Assembly: GCA_964545795.1 (NCBI GenBank)
Contig: CAZJGC010000001.1
Span: 6,585-70,584 of the forward strand
Origin: an uncultured archaeon
GTDB taxonomy: Archaea; Aenigmatarchaeota; Aenigmatarchaeia; Aenigmatarchaeales; DAIDAN01
DNA: 64,000 nt
Direction: 5' to 3'
Shown here: piece after piece, positions 21,552 to 31,897 of the stretch
Position numbering within the stretch: position 1 is the stretch's first letter
Layout of the letters: every line of letters starts with the position of its first letter
Position numbers and translations under genes: made by a program
The notes under the pieces: generated by a model
Database searches by the model: none
What the model was told of the DNA's origin: nothing
Seen by the model: only the letters and a program-made list of their open reading frames with translations

Positions 21552-22523
21552 ATGGGAAGAGAGTTTTTAATAAAATCCGAAGAAGCATCTACTATAGGTA
21601 GTTATCCCGGAGCAAGAAGTATAGAGAAGTTGCTGCAGGCAGGTATTATTGTATTGGATAAACCATCAGGCCCCTCATGCCGCATTGTTGATTCTTATGT
21701 TAAAAAGATTCTAAATATTGAGAAATGTTCTCATGGAGGCACTCTTGACCCAAGAGTTACAGGAGTTCTTGTATTAGCTTTAGGAAATGCAACAAAATTA
21801 ATGCCGATATTGTTAAACAGCAGAAAAGAGTATATTGCGCTAATGCGGCTGCATAAAGATGTCCCCGAAGAAAAGGTAAGGAGCGTTTGCAATAAATTCG
21901 TAGGCAAAATAATGCAGAAACCTCCAAAAAAGTCGGCGGTTGCAAGAAAGGAAAGGGAGAGAGAAATATACTATCTTGAGATTCTTGAGATATCAGGCAG
22001 GGATGTTCTTATGAAAGTTGGTTGCGAGGCAGGCACATATATACGCAAGTTATGCTCTGATATTGGAGAGAATCTTGGCGGCGCGCATATGCAGGAGTTA
22101 AGGAGAGTTAGTTCTGGCTGTTTTGATGAGAGCAAGGCTGTTAAATTAGAAGATTTAAAGGATGCTTATGAGTTCTGGAAACAGGGAAATAAAGAATATA
22201 TTAAAAGCATGCTGTATCCAATGGAAAAAATTGCAGACAATATGAAAGTTGTTATTATAAAGGATTCTGCTGTTTCAAATATCGCAAACGGCGCACCTCT
22301 TGGCGTCAATGGAATATGCAGAATAGAGAGAGGAATAAAGAAAGGCGATGTTGTGGGAATGTTGACTTTGAACGGCGAATTTGTGGCTTTTGGAAATGCT
22401 GTTATAGATGTTGACAAGATAGACAGAAGGAAGAAACAAATAATTATAAAAACAGATAAAGTATTAATAGGAAAAGATTCAATTGATATCTACAAGGCTG
22501 TTTGCAATGAAAGGAAAAAATAA
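21552..22523 (+). CDS. cbf5: tRNA/rRNA pseudouridine synthase Cbf5 (H/ACA RNP catalytic subunit)
   Basis: TruB catalytic motif (HGGTLDPRVTGVL) and a C-terminal PUA domain. Confidence 0.85.
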   Translation: MGREFLIKSEEASTIGSYPGARSIEKLLQAGIIVLDKPSGPSCRIVDSYVKKILNIEKCSHGGTLDPRVTGVLVLALGNATKLMPILLNSRKEYIALMRLHKDVPEEKVRSVCNKFVGKIMQKPPKKSAVARKEREREIYYLEILEISGRDVLMKVGCEAGTYIRKLCSDIGENLGGAHMQELRRVSSGCFDESKAVKLEDLKDAYEFWKQGNKEYIKSMLYPMEKIADNMKVVIIKDSAVSNIANGAPLGVNGICRIERGIKKGDVVGMLTLNGEFVAFGNAVIDVDKIDRRKKQIIIKTDKVLIGKDSIDIYKAVCNERKK

Positions 22524-22537
22524 AAAAGGTTTTTGGT

Positions 22538-22708
22538 ATGGTCATATCAAAAGAACTTCTTGAAATTTTGGCATGTCCTAAATGCAAAGGCGATATTAGA
22601 TATGATAAAGGCAATGAGAAACTTATATGCGAAACATGCCGTCTTAAATTTTCTGTTATTGATAAAAGCATACCTAACATGTTAATAGATGAAGCGGAGA
22701 GTTATTGA
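22538..22708 (+). CDS. Trm112-like zinc-ribbon protein
   Basis: 56 aa, CPKCKG...CETC, ending ...KSIPNMLIDEA. Not in the ORF track (<60 aa). Confidence 0.5.
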   Translation: MVISKELLEILACPKCKGDIRYDKGNEKLICETCRLKFSVIDKSIPNMLIDEAESY

Positions 22709-22754
22709 CTGCAGAAGTCCAAATCTTTTTTAATCCCCCAGACCATCTATATTT

Positions 22755-23756
22755 ATGAAAGCAATCTCCGCAATAATAGTTGTTGTTCTCTTACTGCTAA
22801 TCTCAATTTCTCTAATCTCTGTTGTTTATGTATGGTCTTCTGCCCTTACAGGAACAGTGACATCAACAACAGAGGAGACAACATCAGAACTTACAAAGCA
22901 GTTGTCAGGCTGTTTGAAGATAGATGCAATATCCAAAAACCAGATATACTTAAGAAACTGCGGAAAAGGCGTTATCACAAACAACTCATTGTCAGTATTC
23001 ATAGATGACGTGAAGGTGGGACACTCTGTTGAAGAGATAGGAGAAGACCAGACAGGAACAGTGAACATATCAGGTTTGTGGCAGTTTTCCATGGACAGGC
23101 ATAACCTGAAATTAACAAACGGAGCCGCTTTTGTCCAAGCCCTTATAGAGTTGGAGCCTAATAAAGATGGTTTGGTTGGTTATTGGAGTTTTGATGAAGG
23201 TTCAGGCAATAAAGTTTATGACAAGTCAGGGAACGGGAATGACGGAAGTCTTTTGCCATCAGGTTCAGGACCAATATGGACAGCAGGAAAGTCTGGCTCT
23301 GCTTTGCAGTTTGACGGAACAGATGATTATGTTGATACCGGAGGCAACTTAAACATAGCAAATGATTTCACTATTGCAGTATGGGTATATCAAAGTTCTC
23401 CAGATCACGGGACATTAATTGACACCGACATGCAGTTTAAAGTAAGTACAAATGGTTTACTAATAGCTCAGTGGTATGATGGAGGCTGGCAGGTAAGAAC
23501 ATCTTCAAACAGCATAAATTACAATTCATGGAATTATGTTTTATTGACTTTTGACGGCACAAGAATTCATTTCTATATTAACGGAGAATTAGATACTAAC
23601 ACCTATACAGTTTCAGCCAACACGCGTTCAGGTTCTGATATAATTGGAAGAGATGGAGTATCTGGGAGTGAACTTTTTACAGGCATAATTGATAAGTTTA
23701 GCATTTATAACCGCGCATTGACGCCAGACCAGACAGTTGTTATGAAAATGGTTTGA
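22755..23756 (+). CDS. type IV pilin-like protein (class III signal peptide) with LamG/concanavalin-A-like lectin domain
   Basis: N-terminus MKAISAIIVVVLLLLISISL resembles an archaeal prepilin signal. C-terminal half has LamG_3-like motifs (GYWSFDEGSGNKVYD, LQFDGTDDYVD, FTIAVWVY). Confidence 0.6.
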   Translation: MKAISAIIVVVLLLLISISLISVVYVWSSALTGTVTSTTEETTSELTKQLSGCLKIDAISKNQIYLRNCGKGVITNNSLSVFIDDVKVGHSVEEIGEDQTGTVNISGLWQFSMDRHNLKLTNGAAFVQALIELEPNKDGLVGYWSFDEGSGNKVYDKSGNGNDGSLLPSGSGPIWTAGKSGSALQFDGTDDYVDTGGNLNIANDFTIAVWVYQSSPDHGTLIDTDMQFKVSTNGLLIAQWYDGGWQVRTSSNSINYNSWNYVLLTFDGTRIHFYINGELDTNTYTVSANTRSGSDIIGRDGVSGSELFTGIIDKFSIYNRALTPDQTVVMKMV

Positions 23757-23911
23757 GGAGTTTGTTCTGCAAATATTTAAATAGTATTGTTCCAATTAAA
23801 ATATTGGGAAGTTTTCGTGAGTTTGAATAACTCAACCTGTTAACTACGTGTTCTGTTAGATTTAAATATATTTAAATAATTAAAAGAACTATAAAACAAA
23901 GGGTTGATGAA

Positions 23912-24802
23912 ATGCCTGATATTAAAAGACCAAGAAGAGGAAGCATGGCTTATTATCCAAGAAAGAGAGCCAGGAGAATATATCCGCAAATAAAAGCCGT
24001 TTCTTCAGAAGCAAAGCCATTGGGATTTGCGGGATATAAAGCAGGCATGACGCATGTTGTATTATCAGGAAAAAAATTGCTTGCAAAGGCTGTTACTGTT
24101 ATTGAGTGTCCTGTGCTTACTGTATTTGGATTCAGATGCTATGCGAATGGTGAGCAAGGTTTAGTTACTTATGCTGACAGTTTTGCAAAACCTGCAAAAA
24201 ATCTTGAAAGAAAAGTAAAAATAAAGGAGAAAAAACCTGAAATTGATGTTTCAAAAGTTTCATGCGTGCGTTTGCTTTGCAGCACAAACCCTTTATTCAA
24301 GAAAAAACCGGATGTTTTTGAAGTGCCCTTGGGCGGAGATGTTTCCGGGCAAATTAAAATGGCAGAGGAACTTTTTGGAAAGGAAATAAAGATTACTGAT
24401 ATTTTTAAGCCTGGGGACTATATTGATGTTTCAGCTGTTACAAAGGGCAAGGGATTTCAGGGTCCTGTGAAAAGGTTTGGAATTAAAGTGCTTGACAGGC
24501 ATCATAAACAGATGCAAAGGCATGTCGGTTCTCTTGGTCCTGAAAATGTTGCAAGAATAAGACATACTGTGCCTTCTGCAGGTCAACTTGGTTTTCAGAC
24601 ACGAACAGAGTTAAATAAAAGAATTCTTAAAATATCCGAAACTCCAGATTTGGAGATAAAACATGTTAGAAAAATTAAAAGCAGTTATATATTTATAGAA
24701 GGTTCTGTGCCTGGACCAAAGAAGAGGCTTATTTTAATGAGACCCGCAGTAAGAAATAAAAAAGCGGCAACAGCCGAAATAAGTTATGTTTATAAAGGAT
24801 GA
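23912..24802 (+). CDS. rpl3: 50S ribosomal protein L3 (uL3)
   Basis: First gene of the conserved archaeal S10/spc cluster order L3-L4-L23-L2-S19-L22-S3-L29. Confidence 0.9.
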   Translation: MPDIKRPRRGSMAYYPRKRARRIYPQIKAVSSEAKPLGFAGYKAGMTHVVLSGKKLLAKAVTVIECPVLTVFGFRCYANGEQGLVTYADSFAKPAKNLERKVKIKEKKPEIDVSKVSCVRLLCSTNPLFKKKPDVFEVPLGGDVSGQIKMAEELFGKEIKITDIFKPGDYIDVSAVTKGKGFQGPVKRFGIKVLDRHHKQMQRHVGSLGPENVARIRHTVPSAGQLGFQTRTELNKRILKISETPDLEIKHVRKIKSSYIFIEGSVPGPKKRLILMRPAVRNKKAATAEISYVYKG

Positions 24803-24807
24803 TTTTT

Positions 24808-25593
24808 ATGGCAAAAGTTTATGATATATCAGGGGTTGAGAAAGGAGAAATAGAATTGCCTGATGTATTTAATACTCCTTACAGACCTGACATTATTAAG
24901 AAGGCTGTATTGGCATTGCAGGCAAACAGAAGGCAGGCGTACGGAGCCAATGAACTTGCAGGAAAAAGAACATCAGCGCATTATCATGGTCGCAGAGGCA
25001 TGAGAAACGGCATGATGAATAGAGAATTGTCAAGAATGCCTCGCATACACAATTCATCTCCAGGTCAGAATTTTAGGGCGGTTTTTGTTCCGCAGGCTGT
25101 TGGCGGAAGAAAGGCGCATCCTCCAAAGCCCGAAAAGAACTGGGAAATGAAAATCAACAAAAAAGAGAATATTCTTGCGTTAAAGTCTGCGATAGCAGCA
25201 ACAATATCAGAGAAGATTGTATCTGAGCGCGGGCATAAGTTTGAGTTGCCTCTTCCATTAGTTGTCTCTGATGATATTATGAATATAACAAAAACAAAGG
25301 AAGTAGTTACTCTTTTGAAGAATCTTAAGCTTGAAAAAGAACTTATGCGTGCGCAAGAAAAGAAGGTCAGAGCAGGAAAGGGCAAAATGCGAAGCAGGAA
25401 ATATAAAAAGAAAAAGTCATTGTTAATAGTTGTTCATGATAAAACTCTGAAAGCTGGCATGAGCGTTCCTGGCATTGATGTTTCAAGGGTTGAACATTTG
25501 AATGTTGAGATGCTTGCTCCGGGATGCATGCCTGGCAGGCTGGTTTTATGGACTGAAACAGCAATAAAAAAGTTAGGCGAAATATTTAAGTGA
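24808..25593 (+). CDS. rpl4: 50S ribosomal protein L4 (uL4)
   Basis: Position and family pattern. Confidence 0.85.
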   Translation: MAKVYDISGVEKGEIELPDVFNTPYRPDIIKKAVLALQANRRQAYGANELAGKRTSAHYHGRRGMRNGMMNRELSRMPRIHNSSPGQNFRAVFVPQAVGGRKAHPPKPEKNWEMKINKKENILALKSAIAATISEKIVSERGHKFELPLPLVVSDDIMNITKTKEVVTLLKNLKLEKELMRAQEKKVRAGKGKMRSRKYKKKKSLLIVVHDKTLKAGMSVPGIDVSRVEHLNVEMLAPGCMPGRLVLWTETAIKKLGEIFK

Positions 25594-25604
25594 GGAGCAT
25601 TTTT

Positions 25605-25952
25605 ATGGCTGAAAAGATAAAAAAAGAGGAGAAGGAAAAAGAAGCAGTGTCAGACAAAACTGAGAAGGCAGGAAAATCTAAGACTCCTGACATTAGGGTT
25701 TGGGATGTGCTTCAATATAACCTGCTTACAGAGAAGTCAATAAGTTTTGTAGAAAGCCAGAATAAACTTGTGTTTGTTGTCAGAAGGACGGCAAACAAGG
25801 CAAGCATAAAATGGGCAATTGAAAAAGCATTTGATGTTAAAGTTGATTCAGTGCGGACGTTAATAGACAGGAAAGGCATGAAAAAAGTTTTTGTTAAATT
25901 AAATAGGAACTTTAATGCAGGAGAAATTGCAACAAGATTAGGAATGTTGTAA
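25605..25952 (+). CDS. rpl23: 50S ribosomal protein L23 (uL23) with Lys/Glu-rich N-terminal extension
   Basis: Core L23 (VLQYNLLTEKS...) preceded by ~30 aa of KEEKEKEAV-type low-complexity sequence. Confidence 0.8.
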   Translation: MAEKIKKEEKEKEAVSDKTEKAGKSKTPDIRVWDVLQYNLLTEKSISFVESQNKLVFVVRRTANKASIKWAIEKAFDVKVDSVRTLIDRKGMKKVFVKLNRNFNAGEIATRLGML

Positions 25953-25967
25953 ATAAGCGTGATGTAA

Positions 25968-26663
25968 ATGGGAAAAAGAATAATTGCAAGGGCAAGAGGA
26001 AAAGGCGGACCAAGATATATATCGCCAGGTCATCGTTTTCAGGGAAAGGTAGAATATCCTGTTTTTAAGGATAAGGTTGTAGGAGTAGTGAATGATATAG
26101 TTCATGATTCAGGCAGAACAGCGCCTCTTGCAAGCGTTAATGTTGGAGGCAGAAATATTTTTGTTGTAGCCGCTGAAGGGGTGTCTGTAGGAGATAATAT
26201 AGTATTTGGAGCAACTGGAAACGGCAATATAGCACCTCTTAAGGATATAGAGGAAGGAACAACAATTTTTGGCATAGAGAACAGGCCTGGCTCCGGGCCG
26301 AAACTTTGCAGAACAAGCGGAACGTTTGCAACAGTCATGTCAAAAACAGAGGAAAAGGTATATGTGAAAATGCCATCAGGAAAATTCAGGTTTTTTAATT
26401 CAAACTGTCTTGCTGCAATAGGCAAGCCAGGCAGTGGCGGAAGAAAAGTAAAGCCTTTTGTTAAGGCAGGACAGAAGTTTTATATGGCTTCAGCAAGAAA
26501 CAAACTATGGCCAAGAACATCTGCAGTGGCTATGAATCCTGTGGACCATCCTTTCGGAGGCAAGACAAAGCCCGGCAGGTCAAAATCAGTTTCGCGACAT
26601 GCTCCTCCAGGAAGAAAAGTTGGTGACATAGCTTCAAAGAGAACAGGAAAGAAAAAGAGGTAG
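25968..26663 (+). CDS. rpl2: 50S ribosomal protein L2 (uL2)
   Basis: 231 aa; conserved L2 C-terminus (NPVDHPFGGK). Confidence 0.9.
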   Translation: MGKRIIARARGKGGPRYISPGHRFQGKVEYPVFKDKVVGVVNDIVHDSGRTAPLASVNVGGRNIFVVAAEGVSVGDNIVFGATGNGNIAPLKDIEEGTTIFGIENRPGSGPKLCRTSGTFATVMSKTEEKVYVKMPSGKFRFFNSNCLAAIGKPGSGGRKVKPFVKAGQKFYMASARNKLWPRTSAVAMNPVDHPFGGKTKPGRSKSVSRHAPPGRKVGDIASKRTGKKKR

Positions 26664-26669
26664 TGAATT

Positions 26670-27062
26670 ATGGCAAAAATATTTACTTATCGCGGATTTA
26701 CTTATCGCGGAAAAACGCTGGAAGAACTTCAGAAGATGACTCTTGAAGAGTTTGTAAAATTGCTTCCTGCCAGAGAAAGACGATGCCTTATGAGAGGTTT
26801 TACAGATGTTCAGAAAAAACTTTTCAAGAAAATCAAATCAGGAAAGTTCATTAAAACTCATTGCAGAGATATGGTAATTGTTCCTGAAATGGTTGGAGCG
26901 AAGATAGGAGTGTATAATGGAAAAGAATGGAAAACTGTGGAAATAAAACCGGAAATGATAGGGCATAGGCTTGGTGAATTTTCGCAAACAAGAAAGAATA
27001 TAACGCATTCATCGCCTGGCATTGGAGCAACAAGGTCAAGCAAGTTTGTGGCATTGAAGTAG
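26670..27062 (+). CDS. rps19: 30S ribosomal protein S19 (uS19)
   Basis: Family pattern and position. Confidence 0.9.
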   Translation: MAKIFTYRGFTYRGKTLEELQKMTLEEFVKLLPARERRCLMRGFTDVQKKLFKKIKSGKFIKTHCRDMVIVPEMVGAKIGVYNGKEWKTVEIKPEMIGHRLGEFSQTRKNITHSSPGIGATRSSKFVALK

Positions 27063-27063
27063 G

Positions 27064-27576
27064 TTGGTTGAAATGAAAGGATATGTTCAGGCTAAAAATT
27101 CCGGAAATCAAGTGGTGGCATGCGCAAAGTCGCTTGAAGCCATCTCGCCTAAGTCAGCAGTAAAGGTTGCAAGGGCTATTAATGGCATGAATGTAAACAA
27201 GGCAAAGCAGTTTTTAAATTCACTGATGGAAGGAAGCGCTTCCATACATGGAAAGTTTTATACAAGTTCAGCAACCAGCCTGCTTAATGTGATAACTTCG
27301 GCAGAAATGAATGCAGGTGCAAAGGGTTTTGATATAGAAGATTTAAAATTAAACATTTCAGTTCATAAAGGTCCGAAAAGATTGAGAAGCAGGAGAAAGA
27401 GAAATTTCGGTTTGCAGTTAAAACTTGCGAATGTTCAGGTAATATTAACATCTTCAAAGAAGGTTGCAAAGGAAGAGATAAAAGCAGAAAATGCAGTGCC
27501 GGAAAAGACAGAAACAAACACTGAGATAAAAGAAAAAGATAATAAGAAAAATAAATCAGAGGAAAATAAGGAGTGA
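27064..27576 (+). CDS. rpl22: 50S ribosomal protein L22 (uL22) with Lys/Glu-rich C-terminal tail
   Basis: 170 aa; the last ~45 aa are KE-rich low complexity. Confidence 0.85.
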   Translation: MVEMKGYVQAKNSGNQVVACAKSLEAISPKSAVKVARAINGMNVNKAKQFLNSLMEGSASIHGKFYTSSATSLLNVITSAEMNAGAKGFDIEDLKLNISVHKGPKRLRSRRKRNFGLQLKLANVQVILTSSKKVAKEEIKAENAVPEKTETNTEIKEKDNKKNKSEENKE

Positions 27577-28232
27577 GTGAAATGGCTAAAGAGAGAGAGT
27601 TTGTGGATGAAGGAATAAAGAAAAACAAGATTGAAGAATTTTTGCTTGAGCAGTTTTCAGGAGCAGGTTATAGTCATAGCGTTATACATAACACTCCATT
27701 GAGCATGAGAATAACAGTTTATGCAAGAAAGCCTGGAATGGTAATAGGCAGAAGCGGAAGGAAAATTGACAATATGACAGAAGTATTAAGAAAGGAATTT
27801 GGAATAGAAAACCCTCAACTTGATGTTCGGGAAGTTGAAAAACCTGACCTTGATGCAAACATAGTTGCAAGAAGAATAGCGTCTTCAATAGAACGCGGTC
27901 TGAATTACAGGCGCGTTGCAAACCTATCATTGCAGAGGATAATGGAAGCAGGCGCTGCCGGAGCAATAATAAGAATTGGAGGGAAACTTGGAGGGGCTAT
28001 GGGAAGAGTTGACAAGTTTTCCGCAGGTTACTTAAAGTTTGCGGGAGAATATACAGAAACTCTTGTAAGAAAAGCATATGCTACTGCCAATGTTAAGTTG
28101 GGAACAATAGGCATACAGGTTAGCATACTTCCGGAACTTCCAAAAGATGTTGCTATTGCAAAAGGAATATATGAAGGGGATGATGTTGCTAAAAAAGAAG
28201 AAGGTGAAGTGAATGCAGAAGCAAATGAGTGA
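27573..28232 (+). CDS. rps3: 30S ribosomal protein S3 (uS3)
   Basis: KH domain (GMVIGRSGRKI); position. Confidence 0.9.
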   Translation: MSEMAKEREFVDEGIKKNKIEEFLLEQFSGAGYSHSVIHNTPLSMRITVYARKPGMVIGRSGRKIDNMTEVLRKEFGIENPQLDVREVEKPDLDANIVARRIASSIERGLNYRRVANLSLQRIMEAGAAGAIIRIGGKLGGAMGRVDKFSAGYLKFAGEYTETLVRKAYATANVKLGTIGIQVSILPELPKDVAIAKGIYEGDDVAKKEEGEVNAEANE

Positions 28233-28404
28233 TGCTGAAATGCTGGAAAAGATAAATGAACTTAAACTTGAATTAATGAAGGAAGAGGGGCAGGCTGTTG
28301 TTGGGGGTTCTGTTTCCAATCCAGGAAAAATAAGGCAGACAAGGAAGATGATTGCGAAAATGCTCACAACTTTAAACAAAAATAAAAAAACTGAGGGGGT
28401 TTGA
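28213..28404 (+). CDS. rpl29: 50S ribosomal protein L29 (uL29)
   Basis: 63 aa coiled-coil; position after S3. Confidence 0.8.
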   Translation: MQKQMSDAEMLEKINELKLELMKEEGQAVVGGSVSNPGKIRQTRKMIAKMLTTLNKNKKTEGV

Positions 28405-28709
28405 AACTGACTGATGTATGCAAAAATTGCGGGTTGCCAAAGGAACTTTGCGTATGCGGCGACATAGCAAAAGAATTTGCAAAAGTAAAAATATACACTG
28501 AAAGAAAAAGGTTTAAAAAATTCATGACAATAATAGAGGGTATAACAGAAGAAGTAAAACCAAAAGAACTCACAAAGAAGTTAAAGACAAAACTTGCATG
28601 CGGCGGAACATACAAAGATGGAAAAATAGAACTTCAAGGAAAGCATGTTGAGAAAGTAAAAAAAATATTGTTGGAGTCAGGATTCACAGAAGATCAAATA
28701 GAGGTATAA
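28401..28709 (+). CDS. sui1: translation initiation factor aSUI1 (eIF1 homolog)
   Basis: 102 aa. N-terminal CxxC...CxC, then the SUI1 fold (KVKIYTERKRFKKFMTIIEG). Confidence 0.8.
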   Translation: MKLTDVCKNCGLPKELCVCGDIAKEFAKVKIYTERKRFKKFMTIIEGITEEVKPKELTKKLKTKLACGGTYKDGKIELQGKHVEKVKKILLESGFTEDQIEV

Positions 28710-28710
28710 A

Positions 28711-28992
28711 ATGATAACTCCAAAAAATATTGTAAAACATGAACTCATAGGGCTTGAAGCAGAAGTTGTGGAGAGTTCAAACAAAAATTTGGTTGGGATT
28801 AGGGGAAAAGTGGTTGATGAAACAAGGAACATGCTTGTAATATTTGACAAAAGAAAAAATATGGAAAAACGCGTTGAAAAGAAAATTTCAAAATTCATGT
28901 TCATTGTTTCAGGGAAAAAAGTGATTGTCAATGGCGCCTTGCTTGTGGCAAGACCTGAGGACAGAATAAGAAAGAAACTGAAAAAATGGTAA
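28711..28992 (+). CDS. rnp1: RNase P protein component 1 (Rpp29/Pop4)
   Basis: 93 aa; conserved location between L29 and S17 in archaea; Rpp29-like sequence (LIGLEAEVVESSNKNLVGIRGKVVDETRN). Confidence 0.7.
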   Translation: MITPKNIVKHELIGLEAEVVESSNKNLVGIRGKVVDETRNMLVIFDKRKNMEKRVEKKISKFMFIVSGKKVIVNGALLVARPEDRIRKKLKKW

Positions 28993-29351
28993 AAAACAGG
29001 GTAGTTATAATGGCTAAAAAACATAGAAACATAGGAATACCGGTAAAACCGCCTGAAGGCATGTGCGAAGACCCTAAATGCCCATGGCATGGGAAATTGC
29101 CAGTGCGCGGTAGGATTTTCAAAGGCGTGGTAATTTCAAACAAAGCAACGAAAACAGCTGTTGTAAAATGGAATTTTAACAGGTTTTTGAAAAAATATGA
29201 GAGATATGAAAGAAGGAACACGCGCGTTGTTGCTTACAATCCTGAATGCATATCAGCTAAAAAAGGCGATATTGTAACAATATCAGAGTGTCGCCCGCTT
29301 TCAAAAACAAAGTCATTTGTAGTTATAGAAAAGCAGAGTGGTAAATTATGA
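28986..29351 (+). CDS. rps17: 30S ribosomal protein S17 (uS17)
   Basis: Position and family pattern (GKVVSDKMDKT-like OB-fold). Confidence 0.85.
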   Translation: MVKNRVVIMAKKHRNIGIPVKPPEGMCEDPKCPWHGKLPVRGRIFKGVVISNKATKTAVVKWNFNRFLKKYERYERRNTRVVAYNPECISAKKGDIVTISECRPLSKTKSFVVIEKQSGKL

Positions 29352-29746
29352 AAGCAATGACAGCATCAGTAACCAGAGGTTTGCAGATTGGCAGCCGCGT
29401 AAAATGCGTAGACAACAGCGGCGCTAAGATAGTTGAAATAATATCAATAAGGGGTTACAAAGGCGTAATGAGAAGGCATGGAGGAGGAGGTGTCGGAAGT
29501 GTTGTGATATGCGCTGTAAAGAAAGGAACCCCGAAAATGAAGCATGAAGTTGTAAAGGCTGTTATTGTCAGGCAGAAAAAGGAGTATCGCAGGCATTCAG
29601 GGTTAAGAGTTAAGTTTGAAGATAATGCTGTTGTCCTTGTTAATGATAAGTTTGAACCAAGAGGAACAACAATCAAGGGGGCAATTGCAAAGGAGGTTGT
29701 TGAAAGGTTTCCTGTCATAGGAAAAATAGCAAGCATAGTGGTTTAA
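29348..29746 (+). CDS. rpl14: 50S ribosomal protein L14 (uL14)
   Basis: 132 aa; conserved family pattern. Confidence 0.9.
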   Translation: MKAMTASVTRGLQIGSRVKCVDNSGAKIVEIISIRGYKGVMRRHGGGGVGSVVICAVKKGTPKMKHEVVKAVIVRQKKEYRRHSGLRVKFEDNAVVLVNDKFEPRGTTIKGAIAKEVVERFPVIGKIASIVV

Positions 29747-29757
29747 GGAGGATAAAA

Positions 29758-30156
29758 ATGATTAAGTCAAAAAACCCAAGCAAACAAAGGAAAGCTGTTT
29801 ACAATGCTCCTCTTCACAGGAGGCAGAAAATGATGGCTGTGCATCTGTCAAAGGATTTGAGAAGTCAGTTTAATTTCCGCTGCATTCCTGTCAGGAAAGG
29901 GGATGAAGTTGCGGTTGTAAGAGGAAAATTCAGGAAAAAAACAGGAAAGGTTGCAAAAGTTAGCCTTAAGAAGTTAAGGGTTTATATTGATGGAATAACA
30001 AGAAAGAAAGTGAATGGAACAGAGGTTCAGGTTCCTTTTCATCCTTCAAATCTTATGATTACAAATCTTGACTTGACAGATAAAAGGAGGCAGAAAATTG
30101 TTCAGAGAAAACAGCAACAAGAAACTAAAGTACAAGAAATCAAAAGTAAAGTGTGA
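29758..30156 (+). CDS. rpl24: 50S ribosomal protein L24 (uL24)
   Basis: KOW motif (KGDEVAVVRGKFRKKTGKV). Confidence 0.85.
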   Translation: MIKSKNPSKQRKAVYNAPLHRRQKMMAVHLSKDLRSQFNFRCIPVRKGDEVAVVRGKFRKKTGKVAKVSLKKLRVYIDGITRKKVNGTEVQVPFHPSNLMITNLDLTDKRRQKIVQRKQQQETKVQEIKSKV

Positions 30157-30842
30157 TATTAATGGCTAGAATAAAAAGAATAGCAGCAGCATTTGCAAAG
30201 GAAAGGAAAAGCAAAGGCAAATTTATTGTTGCGCCGGTTGGACCCTTTCCAAGAGACGAGTCTCTTCCACTGCTGGTTGTTATCCGCGATATTTTGAAAT
30301 TGGCAGAAACAGGAAGGGAAGCAAGGAAGATTATAAATTCGGGAGAAGTTTTGGTTGACGGAAGGAAATGCAAAAACAAAAGTTTTGGGCTTGGATTAAT
30401 GAATGTTATATCGCTTCCTTTGATACAAAAATATTACAGGGTTGTGCAGACAAGAAAGGGTCTGGATGTTGCAGAAATAGGGAAGAATGAATCAAATCTG
30501 AAGATTTGCAAAATAATAAACAAAACAGTTGTGAAATCCGGAAGGATACAATATAATTTTTACGGCGGAAATAATTTGTTGGGCGAGAATCTATACAAGG
30601 TAGGAGATGCTGTTTTGTTAAGAGTGCCTGACAATGTTGTTGAACAGCATTTGCCTATGGCTGAGAACACAAATGTCCTTATATTCAGAGGAAAAAACAA
30701 GGGATTGGTTTCTAAGGTAAAAAGAATTGAAAATAAGATGCTGGTTGTTGATAACAACGGAAGAGAGTTTGAGGTTCCAAAAGACTTTGTTATGGTTGTC
30801 GGAGAGAAGCCTGCAATAACTTTGGGTGTGAACAATGAATAA
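30153..30842 (+). CDS. rps4e: 30S ribosomal protein S4e
   Basis: 229 aa; position between L24 and L5. Confidence 0.85.
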   Translation: MILMARIKRIAAAFAKERKSKGKFIVAPVGPFPRDESLPLLVVIRDILKLAETGREARKIINSGEVLVDGRKCKNKSFGLGLMNVISLPLIQKYYRVVQTRKGLDVAEIGKNESNLKICKIINKTVVKSGRIQYNFYGGNNLLGENLYKVGDAVLLRVPDNVVEQHLPMAENTNVLIFRGKNKGLVSKVKRIENKMLVVDNNGREFEVPKDFVMVVGEKPAITLGVNNE

Positions 30843-31338
30843 AATGCGGGAAATAAGGCTGGAGAAAGTTACTGTTAATGTTGGATGCGGAGAAGGAGGC
30901 CAGAAGCTTGACAGAGCCAAAACAATGCTTGAGAGAATTACAGGAAAAAAAGTTGTTTTGACAAAGACAAAGAAAAGGACAACATTTGGAGTTCCGAAAA
31001 ACAGGCAGATAGGGTGCAAGGCAATACTTCGCGGAGCAGACGCAGAGAAATTTTTAAGAGATGCATTTGAAGCAGTTGAAAACAAAATCCCTTCAAAATC
31101 ATTTGACAAAAATGGAAATTTTTCATTTGGAATAAAAGAGCAAATAAGTTTGCCTGGAATAAAATATGATCCTGAAATAGGAATATATGGTTTTGATGTT
31201 TGCGTTACGTTAGAAAGACCCGGTTTTCATGTTAAGAGAAAGAGATTGGGGAGTAAAATAGGAAAAAAACATGTTATAAAACCTGAAGAATCAAGGGAAT
31301 GGGTGGCAAAAAAATTTAATGTTACTGTTATAGAGTGA
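30835..31338 (+). CDS. rpl5: 50S ribosomal protein L5 (uL5)
   Basis: Family pattern; position. Confidence 0.9.
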   Translation: MNKMREIRLEKVTVNVGCGEGGQKLDRAKTMLERITGKKVVLTKTKKRTTFGVPKNRQIGCKAILRGADAEKFLRDAFEAVENKIPSKSFDKNGNFSFGIKEQISLPGIKYDPEIGIYGFDVCVTLERPGFHVKRKRLGSKIGKKHVIKPEESREWVAKKFNVTVIE

Positions 31339-31343
31339 TATTT

Positions 31344-31493
31344 ATGAATAAGGAAAAAAAATATGGAAAAGGAACGCGCAAGTGCAGAAGATGCAACAGG
31401 TATGGAGGCATAATAAGGAAATATGGACTCTATTTTTGCAGGCAGTGCATGCGCGAGATTGCAAAAAAGATTGGATTTAAAAAATATAGTTAG
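31344..31493 (+). CDS. rps14: 30S ribosomal protein S14 type Z (uS14)
   Basis: 49 aa, CxxC...CxxC (CRRCNR...CRQCMRE). Not in the ORF track (<60 aa). Confidence 0.75.
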   Translation: MNKEKKYGKGTRKCRRCNRYGGIIRKYGLYFCRQCMREIAKKIGFKKYS

Positions 31494-31504
31494 GTGAAAA
31501 TAAC

Positions 31505-31888
31505 ATGAGGCATGACTTGATTTCAGATGCACTTTCGTCAATATATAATTGCGAAAGATTTGGAAAAATGAAAGCTCTTGTTCCTGCTTCAAAACTTGTG
31601 AAGGAAGTTCTTTTAATAATGCAGAAGCACGGGCATATCGGAAGTTTTGAGTACACGGATGCCAGAAAATACAATTTTGAAGTTACTTTGATAGGAAATA
31701 TAAATAAATGCGGTTCAATAAGGCCAAGGTTTTCAGTAAAAAAAGACGAATATGAAAAATGGGAACAAAGATTTCTGCCTGCAGCAGACTTTGGCATACT
31801 CATAGTTTCCACGAACCAAGGGTTAATGACTCATATAGAAGCAAAAGAAAAGGGAATCGGCGGAAAGCTTATAGCTTATGTTTATTAG
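31505..31888 (+). CDS. rps8: 30S ribosomal protein S8 (uS8)
   Basis: Position and family pattern. Confidence 0.9.
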   Translation: MRHDLISDALSSIYNCERFGKMKALVPASKLVKEVLLIMQKHGHIGSFEYTDARKYNFEVTLIGNINKCGSIRPRFSVKKDEYEKWEQRFLPAADFGILIVSTNQGLMTHIEAKEKGIGGKLIAYVY

Positions 31889-31897
31889 TGATGGCGT

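Noticed and set aside
28401-28992. aSUI1 and RNase P Rpp29 inside the r-protein operon
   Set aside because: This is real but is the standard archaeal arrangement, not novel.
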